Shown here piece after piece: positions 1 to 8,681 of a DNA stretch of 52,845 bases. The translations under genes and the position numbers were made by a program. Location: NCBI GenBank assembly GCA_024654625.1, contig JANLHB010000021.1, positions 1 through 52,845 of the forward strand, in the 5' to 3' direction. The notes under the pieces were generated by a model. It did no database searches. It was not told the origin of the DNA and saw only the letters and a program-made list of their open reading frames with translations. This stretch comes from Patescibacteria group bacterium. Its GTDB lineage: Bacteria; Patescibacteriota; Minisyncoccia; GCA-002772825. Positions within the stretch are counted from its first letter, which is position 1, and the number at the start of each line of letters is the position of its first letter.

Positions 1-140
1 TCCCACATTGTTATGAATCCTTTTGTTCCGCGAAAGATATTAAATTGACGCATATTAAAGACTTAATTAAAGTCTCATATGTATCTGAACTTATTCATAA
101 CATTTTAAAAGTCCTATTGAAGCGCTCCGTTATGAATAAC

Positions 141-177
141 TTAAATCACTTGGCGGTTGAACCGCCAAGTGATTTAA
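141..177. repeat. GC-core hairpin in an AT-rich spacer (16-bp perfect stem, 5-nt loop)
   Basis: TTAAATCACTTGGCGG-TTGAA-CCGCCAAGTGATTTAA read directly. Confidence 0.8.
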
Positions 178-365
178 TTCCTGAGAAAAGTATTAAGGAG
201 AGTTAAAAAAGTGCTGAAAAAGCCAGTGATAAGAGCTATCAGCGTTGGCCTATCTTTGTACCATTTGTATGTTCTGTTACCGCTCATATCGCATTTATTA
301 TACCAATTTAAAATGAAATTAAAAACCCCTTTCTACCTCAACTCAACCTTATGCTCGGATTAAAT

Positions 366-2375
366 TTATATCTCCCGTCTACGCAAAAGCATAGCATTAA
401 TAGCCACGATAACCGTACTTGCCGACATAAACACCGCCGCAAGCGCAGGCTGGAGCAAAATACCTTTAAATGCGAGCACTCCGGCCGCCAAGGGCAACGC
501 TACTATATTGTACCCGGTCGCCCACCAAAGATTCTGGATCATTTTTGCATAGGTCATCTGCGAGAGTGTGATAATCTTTACAATATCTCGCGGGTCATTG
601 CGAACAAGAATAATCCCCGCCGATTCAATGGCGACATTCGTACCGGCGCCAATCGCGATACCAAGATCGGCTTGCATAAGAGCGGGAGCATCATTAATAC
701 CGTCACCGACCATTGCCACTTTCAAATTACGCTTTTGAAGTTCTTTAACCTTCTCGGATTTTTGATCAGGCAGCACTCGGGCAAAATATTCATCAATGCC
801 AAGTTCCTTGCTGATCCACTGCGCCGCATCATCTGAGTCTCCGGTAATCATCACAGGGCGGATCCCTTTCTCTTTCAACGCTTTTATAGCTTCTCGCGAT
901 TCTTCTCTAATAATGTCAGCTAAAGCGATTGATCCCAAAAGCGCGCCCTCTTCTATGACAAAAATAATAGTTTGTCCTTTCTTGCCCGCCTCTTCTATTT
1001 GACCTGAAAGTTCTTTCGGGACAATAATCCCAATACTCTCAAGAAGCGCCGGTCCGCCAACCATCACTTCTTTTTCCTCAACAAACGCCCTCACTCCTCT
1101 ACCTTTCAGTGCCTCAAATTTTTTCGGCTCTTTCAGTGAAAGACCCTTTTCTCTCGCTTTAGCAGTAACCGCTTTTGCTATAGGGTGTTCTGACAAGGCA
1201 TCCAGAGAAGCGGCTAATTCTAATACCTCATCTTGCGTTTTACCGCCAATACTCCATATCGTTATAACGCCAAATTCGCCCTTAGTGAGCGTTCCTGTCT
1301 TATCAAACAACACTGCATCAATCTTTCGCGCGGTTTCCAACGCGAGTCTCTGCTTTACAAGAAAACCGTTTTGCGCCGCTTTTGTCGTAGAGATGGAAGC
1401 AACGAGTGGTACGGCAAGCCCCAATGAATGCGGACAGGCAATGACAAACACGGCAACAAGTCGAGCAACAGCAAAAGTAACCCCGGCGCCGGCAAAAATC
1501 CAAACAACCATGGTTATACTGCCTCCAAAAACGGCGACGATGGTCAAATATAATGCCGCCCTATCTGACAATATTTGAAGGCGTGATTTGGAAGCTTGCG
1601 CCTCAGCAACCAAACGCATAACACCGGCGAGAAATGTTTTTTCTCCAATTTGAGCAACTTTCACCCTCAGCGCGCCATCACCGTTTATCGTGCCGGCAAT
1701 AACCGCATCATTTTCTTTCTTGGAAACCGGTTTTGACTCTCCGGTAACCATTGACTCATTTACATGAGATTCGCCGTCAATAATTTTTCCGTCAGCGGGG
1801 ATTTTTATACCGGGCTTTACCAAGACTATATCATTTTCCCTAAGTTCTGAAAGATTAACTATCTCTGTTCCATCATCTCTGATTACTTCCGCTGTATCCG
1901 GAAGCAGTTTTGACAGTTCTTTCAACGCCCCTTGCGAACTAGACACCGCCCGCATTTCAAGCCAATGACCGAGAAGCATAACGGTAATTAAAGTGGCTAA
2001 TTCCCAAAAAAGAGATTTCTCACCGGCGAATGTCGCGTAAACACTCCAAAGATATGCCGTGGTAATAGCGAGAGAAATAAGCACCATCATGCCGGGCATG
2101 CGCGCTTTTACTTCTTTTATCGCCCCCATTAAAAATACCCATCCTCCATAAAAGAAAATCACGGAACCAAAAACAAGCATCAGATATTCAGACCCCGGAA
2201 ATTGCGGGGCTTCCAAGCCAAAAAATAGCTTAGGTAGTTCGGAATACGCAATAACGGGAACGGACAGAATCAAACTAACCAAAAATTTCCGGAAAAACAT
2301 TGCAGTGCTGTGGCCGGCATGTTTACCCTGAAGAGAACCGGAGGGTTTATTATGGTTATGTTCTTGATGGTTCAT
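366..2375 (-). CDS. copB: Copper-translocating P1B-type ATPase, CopB-like (CPH subtype)
   Basis: 669-aa ORF with the DKTGTLT phosphorylation site, TGES, the GDGINDAP hinge, the membrane motif IACPHSLGLAVP and a His-rich N-terminus (MNHQEHNHN..HAGHS). Confidence 0.9.
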   Translation of the reverse strand: MNHQEHNHNKPSGSLQGKHAGHSTAMFFRKFLVSLILSVPVIAYSELPKLFFGLEAPQFPGSEYLMLVFGSVIFFYGGWVFLMGAIKEVKARMPGMMVLISLAITTAYLWSVYATFAGEKSLFWELATLITVMLLGHWLEMRAVSSSQGALKELSKLLPDTAEVIRDDGTEIVNLSELRENDIVLVKPGIKIPADGKIIDGESHVNESMVTGESKPVSKKENDAVIAGTINGDGALRVKVAQIGEKTFLAGVMRLVAEAQASKSRLQILSDRAALYLTIVAVFGGSITMVVWIFAGAGVTFAVARLVAVFVIACPHSLGLAVPLVASISTTKAAQNGFLVKQRLALETARKIDAVLFDKTGTLTKGEFGVITIWSIGGKTQDEVLELAASLDALSEHPIAKAVTAKAREKGLSLKEPKKFEALKGRGVRAFVEEKEVMVGGPALLESIGIIVPKELSGQIEEAGKKGQTIIFVIEEGALLGSIALADIIREESREAIKALKEKGIRPVMITGDSDDAAQWISKELGIDEYFARVLPDQKSEKVKELQKRNLKVAMVGDGINDAPALMQADLGIAIGAGTNVAIESAGIILVRNDPRDIVKIITLSQMTYAKMIQNLWWATGYNIVALPLAAGVLAFKGILLQPALAAVFMSASTVIVAINAMLLRRREI

Positions 2376-2425
2376 TTCGCTATAGACAATTTGCGATTAA
2401 TTGCAAACTGCAAAAGTTATTTTAT

Positions 2426-3118
2426 TTAATTTTTTATTTTTTCTAATTCTTCTTCAATTATAGATTCGTAGACGCTAAAAGAATTTATCCCGGAAACAAT
2501 TGTGCCGTTTATAAATACCGTCGGCGTGCCGTCGGCGCCGGCTTTTATGGCATCTTCGGTGTCTTTCTTAACTTCTTCCACATATCTTCCCGAAGAGAGG
2601 CATTCTTTAAAAGATTTTTCTTCAAGCCCTAAAGACAAAGCTATTTTTAACAGCGATGCCTCCGTATATGTCGTATCATGACCTCCGCCGCCGCTATGCA
2701 TATAATCGGCAAAATCCCAATATTTGCCTTGCTCGCCGGCGCAATTAGCCCCACCGGCAGCCAAGATTGAATTGTCACTCATCGTTATAAGGTCGCGATA
2801 AACATATTTCACCTTGCCGGTTTTCACATATTTTTCTATAATCAACGGCTTAATCTCCTTCTGGAACTGAGCGCAAAATTGGCATCTGAAATCTCCGAAA
2901 TTAATAAAAACAACAGGCGCTTCGGGATTGCCGAGAGCAGGATCGTCGTCCGCGTCTATTTCGAATACCTCAATATTGCCTGAAGCCCCGTCATTATTTG
3001 AAGACCCATTTTTACCATTATTGTTTCCATCTGTGGCAAAAAATGACCCGCCGATTATCAAGCCGGCGATAATAACGGCGATTGGTATAGCGTAAGATTT
3101 TTTATTTTGGATTTCCAT
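2426..3118 (-). CDS. Membrane-anchored DsbA-family thiol:disulfide oxidoreductase
   Basis: 230-aa ORF with an N-terminal TM helix, a thioredoxin-fold CxxC (FRCQFCAQF) and a C-terminal GTPTVFING-type segment. Confidence 0.8.
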   Translation of the reverse strand: MEIQNKKSYAIPIAVIIAGLIIGGSFFATDGNNNGKNGSSNNDGASGNIEVFEIDADDDPALGNPEAPVVFINFGDFRCQFCAQFQKEIKPLIIEKYVKTGKVKYVYRDLITMSDNSILAAGGANCAGEQGKYWDFADYMHSGGGGHDTTYTEASLLKIALSLGLEEKSFKECLSSGRYVEEVKKDTEDAIKAGADGTPTVFINGTIVSGINSFSVYESIIEEELEKIKN

Positions 3119-3124
3119 GTTTAA

Positions 3125-3280
3125 TTATATCCATATTACAAGATTTATGCTCACTGCACCACTTCTGACATTTCCCTGCCTGCCGGCAGGCAGGTCCGCC
3201 CATTCTTTGTCTTCATATTCATAACCGCACTGCTCGCACTGATATAATTCTTTATCATCTTTTTTTATTATTTTTACCAT
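3125..3280 (-). pseudogene. Small Cys-rich (zinc-ribbon-like) ORF interrupted by the 20-bp palindrome
   Basis: The ATG is at 3280. As found it reads MVKIIKKDDKELYQCEQCGYEYEDKEWAD-LPAGRQ-GNVRSGAVSINLVIWI*. Removing 3175-3194 restores ...KEWAEKCQKWCSEHKSCNMDIIKHGNPK*, ending at 3102 and overlapping the dsbA-like start. Confidence 0.5.
3175..3194. repeat. 20-bp perfect palindrome CCTGCCTGCCGGCAGGCAGG (copy in the small Cys ORF)
   Basis: Exact self-complementary 20-mer read directly. Confidence 0.95.
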
Positions 3281-3337
3281 AATAATTATTATTTACTAAT
3301 TAATCTGATAAATAACTACAAACTAAATATTGTTACT

Positions 3338-4252
3338 TTACACTCCGCAACTGCCACCGCCTTGGATCTTTACAGGCTCAACATCAGATAGGACTTGCCT
3401 ATACCCCGCTCCGCTTGAGTAAAGTTCGCCCAAGACTTCCTTTGCGTCAACCTGAGACCAAGCCACTCCCCGCTTCTTAAAATATTTGGCGATAGTTAAG
3501 TATGTCTCCGGAAACCAATAAGAATTCACTACGAGCGCCGTCTGATACATCTCTTCTTCCGTGGCTCCATTTGAGGCCATAAGCTCCAAGAGGCCAAGCA
3601 TCGCCATACCATGATTGCAGTCAGGAAAATAAGTTGAATTCCCGCAACACGGACGATAGATATTCTTTGACACGCGCTCTACAAGAGCCTGCTCTCGTGC
3701 GTCCAACACCACAAACTTATATTTACTATAATGATCCATCGCATCGCCTTGCGCGATACTCCACCCGCCCGTTGAAGCAAAACCGCCTGCCCCGCCATAA
3801 CGATGGTCCATCATAGGACCTTCTTCAAGAATCGGGTTCTTATTTGAGAGACCGAAAGCCCAAGTAAGATTTAGTATCACACTGGCATTCTCCGGAGTGA
3901 TTTTAATATTGCCGTTATTCTCTCCGTAAAGAAGCACTTTCTCATCGTCGCTCAATCCGCCTCTGTTGGCATATAAAGATTCGAATTTCTCGGCATCTAT
4001 TACGCCACTTTCCATCATCTCTTTCCCTATTGAACCCCAAGCAATTGGTAAGACAACCCCGTCCTGAGGTAAGACTTCTGCCACTGGAACAGCTGACAAA
4101 TCAGAAGAGATATCTATATCTTGTTGTTCTTTCTTTTTATCTGCGCCATTTACCTGGCCCACAACAATAAAGACCAAAAATGCCAACACTAATATATTCC
4201 AGATTGGTCCTTTAAACTTTTCTTCTGACTGCTCTTCTTTTTTGTTTGTCAT
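3338..4252 (-). CDS. Hypothetical membrane-anchored exported protein with a Cys cluster
   Basis: 304-aa ORF with an N-terminal TM helix and the motif RPCCGNSTYFPDCNHG. No family recognised. Confidence 0.6.
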   Translation of the reverse strand: MTNKKEEQSEEKFKGPIWNILVLAFLVFIVVGQVNGADKKKEQQDIDISSDLSAVPVAEVLPQDGVVLPIAWGSIGKEMMESGVIDAEKFESLYANRGGLSDDEKVLLYGENNGNIKITPENASVILNLTWAFGLSNKNPILEEGPMMDHRYGGAGGFASTGGWSIAQGDAMDHYSKYKFVVLDAREQALVERVSKNIYRPCCGNSTYFPDCNHGMAMLGLLELMASNGATEEEMYQTALVVNSYWFPETYLTIAKYFKKRGVAWSQVDAKEVLGELYSSGAGYRQVLSDVEPVKIQGGGSCGV

Positions 4253-4260
4253 TTTATTTT

Positions 4261-4353
4261 AGCCAGTAGTTTTTAGTCGTTAGCCACTAGTGATAACACT
4301 AGTGATAATATAATTTAATCCTATTGGCTAGTGACTAATGGCTAGTCGCTAAT
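4261..4353. repeat. CTAG-rich, stop-rich intergenic repeat block
   Basis: Perfect tandem CACTAGTGATAA x2 (4285-4308). CTATTGGCTAG (4321-4331) is the reverse complement of 36256-36266. CTAATGGCTAGTCGCTAA (4335-4352) is 17/18 identical to 16494-16511. Confidence 0.8.
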
Positions 4354-4359
4354 TTATTA

Positions 4360-4914
4360 TTAATTTTTAATCTCTACAAAGATCTTGAACTCCATCTCGC
4401 TATTGTCCGGATCATTTGTCGGGACAAAAATTGAACGGAAGAAACGGCCTTGCGGCTCCTCATGAAAATTCGGGTCAAAAAACACAGTCAACGTTACGCT
4501 TTCGCCTGTAGGTATTTCCTCTTTATCTACTTTAGCTGTGGTACAACCACAAGAAGTGGTAATATCACCCGCCTTAATCTTGAGCACACCTTCCCCTTCA
4601 TTTTTGATCATAAAATCAGTGTTTACTATTCCATTCTTCTTTTCTATAACTCCAAAATCAAACTCCCCCTCGCCGACCTCGACGATTGGCAAAAGTCCGG
4701 AAAGATTATCACTAGTCGCCGATCCGCTATTCCTCTTTAATAATCTTTTTACTCCGGCGTTTGCTTCATCTACCTCATCATCCAAGTGCGCGATCATATT
4801 TTCAGTTTTTATCAAACGTGACTGTATATCATATATGACAAAGCCGAAGGCAACGATAGCCACGATCACTACAACCGGCATATATACATGAATTTTTGCT
4901 ATATAATTTTTCAT
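4360..4914 (-). CDS. DUF1573 domain-containing membrane-anchored protein
   Basis: 184 aa with a TM helix, then FDFGVI...F.IKNEGEGVL.I......CGCTTAKV, typical of DUF1573. Confidence 0.75.
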   Translation of the reverse strand: MKNYIAKIHVYMPVVVIVAIVAFGFVIYDIQSRLIKTENMIAHLDDEVDEANAGVKRLLKRNSGSATSDNLSGLLPIVEVGEGEFDFGVIEKKNGIVNTDFMIKNEGEGVLKIKAGDITTSCGCTTAKVDKEEIPTGESVTLTVFFDPNFHEEPQGRFFRSIFVPTNDPDNSEMEFKIFVEIKN

Positions 4915-4919
4915 ATTTT

Positions 4920-5432
4920 TTACTTTATTACGTCCGCCTCAAAGACGACCTCTAACTTTGGTTTTGCCTGAGAATTAGTCTCAAGATAGACAACCCTCTT
5001 CACTTTGCCTGTTCCATCCGGACCATGAGCCGCCGGATCAAACACTGCTTCAAGCGCCACAGACCCACCCGGAAGAATCTCTATATTAGCTTCTTCTATT
5101 GGTCCGTGACCTTGCATGCCATACTCGCCGTGCCTCTTTCCACCTTCTTCTATGACAGAAGCAGTGGTACACATGCAAGAAGTATAAACCTTGCTTATCA
5201 TTACAGGCTCATTGCTTTCATTTTTAACTTCAAAATTGTGTGAGACATTGCCGTCTGCCATAGAGATAGTGCCGAAGTCATAATTTTCCTCCAAGATATT
5301 TAAGACGCCTGCCGAATAAGCCAAAGGATTGCTATTATTCACAGTTTTACCGCCGGATAACAACGCCATTGCAACCACAAGGCCGATAACAACTGCCACC
5401 CCCGCTACATAAGTCACTAAATTTTTATTCAT
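4920..5432 (-). CDS. DUF1573 domain-containing membrane-anchored protein (paralog)
   Basis: 170 aa with a TM helix, then YDFGTISM..VSHNFEVKNESNEPVMISKVYTSCMCTTASV. Confidence 0.75.
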   Translation of the reverse strand: MNKNLVTYVAGVAVVIGLVVAMALLSGGKTVNNSNPLAYSAGVLNILEENYDFGTISMADGNVSHNFEVKNESNEPVMISKVYTSCMCTTASVIEEGGKRHGEYGMQGHGPIEEANIEILPGGSVALEAVFDPAAHGPDGTGKVKRVVYLETNSQAKPKLEVVFEADVIK

Positions 5433-5517
5433 ATTTTTATTTTAAATTAAAAGACCGAGTAATAAATTAAACCGGCAATCTTCAAAAATAGGCTAAATTA
5501 AACTATCCTTAAAGATA

Positions 5518-5916
5518 TTATGCCAGCAAAGACAAAAGATAATCTCCTTTATTTAGAAGAGCAAGCCATGAAATAAAATCCTCAAGAGGATTAAACTTAA
5601 TATATTTATCAGGCCTGAAATTAAAACAATATTTATCCGTTAAAAAAACAGTAGAGACCGCAAGGAGGACAGCTAAAAACAATACCGAAAGTAACGCTGA
5701 AAAACTTACTGTAATAAATGACGCGGATATCATCTTGAATCCCGCTAGATGATGCGCTAGTAGGACTATGGCATTTGTGTCAGGAGAGCAACTTCCACCA
5801 AGCATCTGAAATAACGGACACTCAGCATGAATGATTTCGCTCATATACAAAAACCCAAAAACACCTGAAGTGATCAGAAAAATTATAATAAGAAATGGCA
5901 GAAGTTTAGATTTCAT
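5518..5916 (-). CDS. Hypothetical polytopic membrane protein (Cys/His-containing)
   Basis: 132-aa ORF with 3 predicted hydrophobic helices plus ECPLF..GGSC and AHH motifs. Confidence 0.55.
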   Translation of the reverse strand: MKSKLLPFLIIIFLITSGVFGFLYMSEIIHAECPLFQMLGGSCSPDTNAIVLLAHHLAGFKMISASFITVSFSALLSVLFLAVLLAVSTVFLTDKYCFNFRPDKYIKFNPLEDFISWLALLNKGDYLLSLLA

Positions 5917-5944
5917 ATTAAATCCATTGTATCAGTAAAATCGA

Positions 5945-6151
5945 TTAATAAATACCCTCCAAAGTCGCGCTGTAGTTTGAAAGAAATGACGGCACGATAA
6001 ACAGCAAGGCAACAAGTGGCAAGATAAACACCGCAAGAGTTATAATAAGCGTCCAAAGAAAGTATTTTCTCGTCTTTTCTACAGACTTATATATTTCATT
6101 TATCTTCTGGTCGCTTTCTTCCAACTTCTTTAGAATCTCATTTTCCATCAA
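5945..6151 (-). CDS. Small hypothetical membrane protein
   Basis: 68-aa ORF with a single long hydrophobic helix, on the same strand as its neighbours. Confidence 0.45.
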   Translation of the reverse strand: MMENEILKKLEESDQKINEIYKSVEKTRKYFLWTLIITLAVFILPLVALLFIVPSFLSNYSATLEGIY

Positions 6152-6189
6152 CTTATTATACTAGATACTCTCTTGTCATTCAACCAACA

Positions 6190-7173
6190 TTATTCGTCTG
6201 TCTCATCTTCTATCTCCCCCATGATCTGTTCCAAAATATCTTCCATAGTCACTAATCCTATAATCTCACTCGGGTCTCCGTCTTTATGTGCAAGATACAT
6301 ATGGACTTGATTTTTGTTCATAAGCCTGAAGAGTCTTTCAATCTTCATAGTCTCAGACACTGCATCCACAGGAGAGATAAAATCCTTAACAGCCCTGTCT
6401 CTCTCGTCTGAATTAAGCGCCTTCATTATCTGATTTACGTGTATATATCCTATTATTTTATCTTCATCATTGTCTTCATAAACAGGGAAACGAGAAAAGC
6501 CTGAATGAGACACAAAATAAGCAACCTGCTCCACCGGCGCCTCGCCATTTAACATATCCATCTTATACTTCGATGTCATTATCTCACCCACAGATACATC
6601 ATCAAATTTAAACACATTTTCTATCATCTCATGCTCACTGTAATCTATCGCTCCATTCTCTACTCCAAGTCTTGCCATCGTTCTAATCTCTTCTTCAGTA
6701 ATGCCGACAGGCGGTTTTATTTTAAAAATTTTATTTAATAATTTATTAAGCCTTAAAAGAATAAAAGCTATCGGGAAAAATACTATATACAATAAATAAA
6801 CAGGCCATGCAAACAAAAGAGCTATTCTTTCATTATGACTGTAGGCAAAAGATTTCGGCACAATCTCGCCGAAAATAAGAATTAGGATAGTCACTCCGCC
6901 CGTTGCCACGCCTAAGGCCGCGGAGCCGAAAAATCTTGTAGCCACTATTGTGGCATAAGCGGCAGTAAAGAGATTTACCACATTATTCCCTATAAGTACG
7001 GTTATAAGGAGACGTTGGGGCTTTGATTTAAGTTTTTCTATAATAGAAGCATTCTTTCTCTTTTTCTCCTGCATCATTCTAACCCTGCTCTGATGAAGGC
7101 TGAAAAAAGCAGTTTCAGACGCAGAAAAAAAAGCCGATAGGGCAATCAAAAGGATAAATAAGGCGATTTCCAT
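6190..7173 (-). CDS. CNNM/DUF21 plus CBS-pair transporter-like protein (TlyC/CorC family, short form)
   Basis: 327 aa. The N-terminus FSASETAFFSL is typical of DUF21 and is followed by a CBS pair. No obvious C-terminal CorC_HlyC domain. Confidence 0.8.
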   Translation of the reverse strand: MEIALFILLIALSAFFSASETAFFSLHQSRVRMMQEKKRKNASIIEKLKSKPQRLLITVLIGNNVVNLFTAAYATIVATRFFGSAALGVATGGVTILILIFGEIVPKSFAYSHNERIALLFAWPVYLLYIVFFPIAFILLRLNKLLNKIFKIKPPVGITEEEIRTMARLGVENGAIDYSEHEMIENVFKFDDVSVGEIMTSKYKMDMLNGEAPVEQVAYFVSHSGFSRFPVYEDNDEDKIIGYIHVNQIMKALNSDERDRAVKDFISPVDAVSETMKIERLFRLMNKNQVHMYLAHKDGDPSEIIGLVTMEDILEQIMGEIEDETDE

Positions 7174-7312
7174 TTATTAACTATAATATCATATTTTAGG
7201 AAAATAGACATAAATACTAAAGTAAATACTAATTTATATGTAAACTATAGATATAGTATATTGGCTATAAAAAACTGGATTTTAGGCTAAATTTATGTTA
7301 AAAATTAAACAT

Positions 7313-7386
7313 TGCGGGATCATCTAATGGTAGGATGCGACCCTCTGGAGGTTGTCATCTAGGTTCGAGTCCTAGTCCCGCAGCCA
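7313..7386 (+). tRNA. tRNA-Gln (anticodon CUG)
   Basis: Hand fold: acceptor TGCGGGA/TCCCGCA (U1-A72), discriminator G, encoded CCA, anticodon loop CTCTGGA, T arm CTAGG-TTCGAGT-CCTAG. Confidence 0.9.
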
Positions 7387-7431
7387 CCATATGCTAAATC
7401 AGGTGACTGACACGCATCAGGTTCTATTGGG

Positions 7432-7460
7432 GATTGTTAAACACCGAGTGTTTAACAATC
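7432..7460. repeat. TTGTTARACAC palindrome family, copy a (13-bp perfect stem)
   Basis: GATTGTTAAACAC-CGA-GTGTTTAACAATC. Confidence 0.9.
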
Positions 7461-7514
7461 TGACATAATAGTCACTAGACGCTTCGATGAAACAATATAA
7501 ATTAAATCTAATCC

Positions 7515-8528
7515 ATGAAAAAAATTAAATTATCTTACATTACAGGATTAAGGGATATCGTCTTAAAGGAGATAGGTAAAAATAAAGATTTCCATGTATT
7601 CAAAGAGTGCCCTGATTCTGTCTATCTGGATAATATAGAAGACCTCGATAATATTAGAAAGTTAAGAAGTGTCGCTCGCGCGTATATTGTATTGCAAGAC
7701 ACTAGATACAACCCTCGTCATATTTCCAATCATAAATCTGTTCTAGGTAGTCTTATAGATGTAATTATTTCTAACGATGAGAGCGAGTTTAAAACTTTCA
7801 AAATTACTTGCGCCGGATCATACTCCCCGGAAGCTCGCTCTATTGCTAAATACATACAGGATACATATCAAATTATAGAAAAAGAAAAGGCTGACTTAAA
7901 GATACATATTATAAAACAAGACGATGTATGGGAAATTGGTATCCAAATTACTCCGCGCCCGCTCTCTCTACGAGAATATAAGGTGAGAAATATGAGCGGG
8001 GCTATGGATCCCACTGCCTCTTATGCCGTGAATTCATTTTGTGCGTTAGATAAAGCAAAAACTTATCTAAATGTTTTTTCCGGTAGCGCCACACTGCTTA
8101 TTGAAGCGGGTCAGTCTTACCCAAACTTGGAAGATCTGGTCGGCTTTGATAACAATAAAAAACATCTTTCTCTAGCGATACAAAATATCAAGAAAGCCGG
8201 ATTGATTAAAAAGATTAAGGTTAAAGAAGCAGATATTTATGACAAGCCCGACTTTGGAAAGTTCGATGCGATAACATCTGACCTGCCGTTTGGTATGTCT
8301 ATATCTAAAGATGAAGATCTAGAGAAGTTGTATAGAAGTTTTATCAAGTATTGCCAAGAGGCGTTAAACCCAAACGGGAGATTGGTGGTCTATACAAGCG
8401 AATATGAGACACTAGAGAAAGTTCTTCAAAAATCGAGATTTAAAATAACGAAAAGTCTGGAACTAAAATTCATGACATCAGTAGATGCTTATCTTCGACC
8501 AAAGATTTTTGTATGTAGATTAAAATAA
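7515..8528 (+). CDS. Class I SAM-dependent RNA methyltransferase, THUMP/Trm14-RlmL-like
   Basis: 337 aa. FSGSATLLIEAG resembles the SAM motif (cf. GSGTLLIEA), and SDLPFG sits at the DPPY/DPPFG-type catalytic motif. Confidence 0.55.
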   Translation: MKKIKLSYITGLRDIVLKEIGKNKDFHVFKECPDSVYLDNIEDLDNIRKLRSVARAYIVLQDTRYNPRHISNHKSVLGSLIDVIISNDESEFKTFKITCAGSYSPEARSIAKYIQDTYQIIEKEKADLKIHIIKQDDVWEIGIQITPRPLSLREYKVRNMSGAMDPTASYAVNSFCALDKAKTYLNVFSGSATLLIEAGQSYPNLEDLVGFDNNKKHLSLAIQNIKKAGLIKKIKVKEADIYDKPDFGKFDAITSDLPFGMSISKDEDLEKLYRSFIKYCQEALNPNGRLVVYTSEYETLEKVLQKSRFKITKSLELKFMTSVDAYLRPKIFVCRLK

Positions 8529-8531
8529 TTT

Positions 8532-8606
8532 ATGAAAACAATGATTAAAATCTACTTAGCGCGACATGGCCAAAATATAGATAATATTGAAGAAAACAGT
8601 TGTTAG
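8532..8606 (+). pseudogene. 24-codon remnant of a histidine phosphatase (phosphoglycerate mutase family) gene
   Basis: MKTMIKIYLARHGQNIDNIEENSC* carries the N-terminal RHG catalytic motif. The stop lies inside the palindrome at 8600-8624. Confidence 0.4.
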
Positions 8607-8624
8607 ACACCCGGTGTCTAACAA
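8600..8624. repeat. TTGTTARACAC palindrome family, copy b (11-bp perfect stem)
   Basis: TTGTTAGACAC-CCG-GTGTCTAACAA. Confidence 0.9.
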
Positions 8625-8681
8625 AAACGGTATTTTCGCCATCTCATCATACTTGGTTTTTTATGTGTTACAATACTCTTT

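Noticed and set aside
211-363. Possible 50-aa GTG-start ORF with an AAGGAG upstream
   Set aside because: It is short, has no recognisable motif, and only weak hydrophobic character. There is not enough support to call it a gene.
351-1578. Plus-strand ORFs (351..836, 796..1002, 1233..1427, 1285..1578) and the minus-strand ORF 1318..1503, all overlapping copB
   Set aside because: They lie entirely within a well-supported P-type ATPase gene, antisense or out of frame. Their sequences are low-complexity and Arg/Ser-rich, typical of shadow ORFs.
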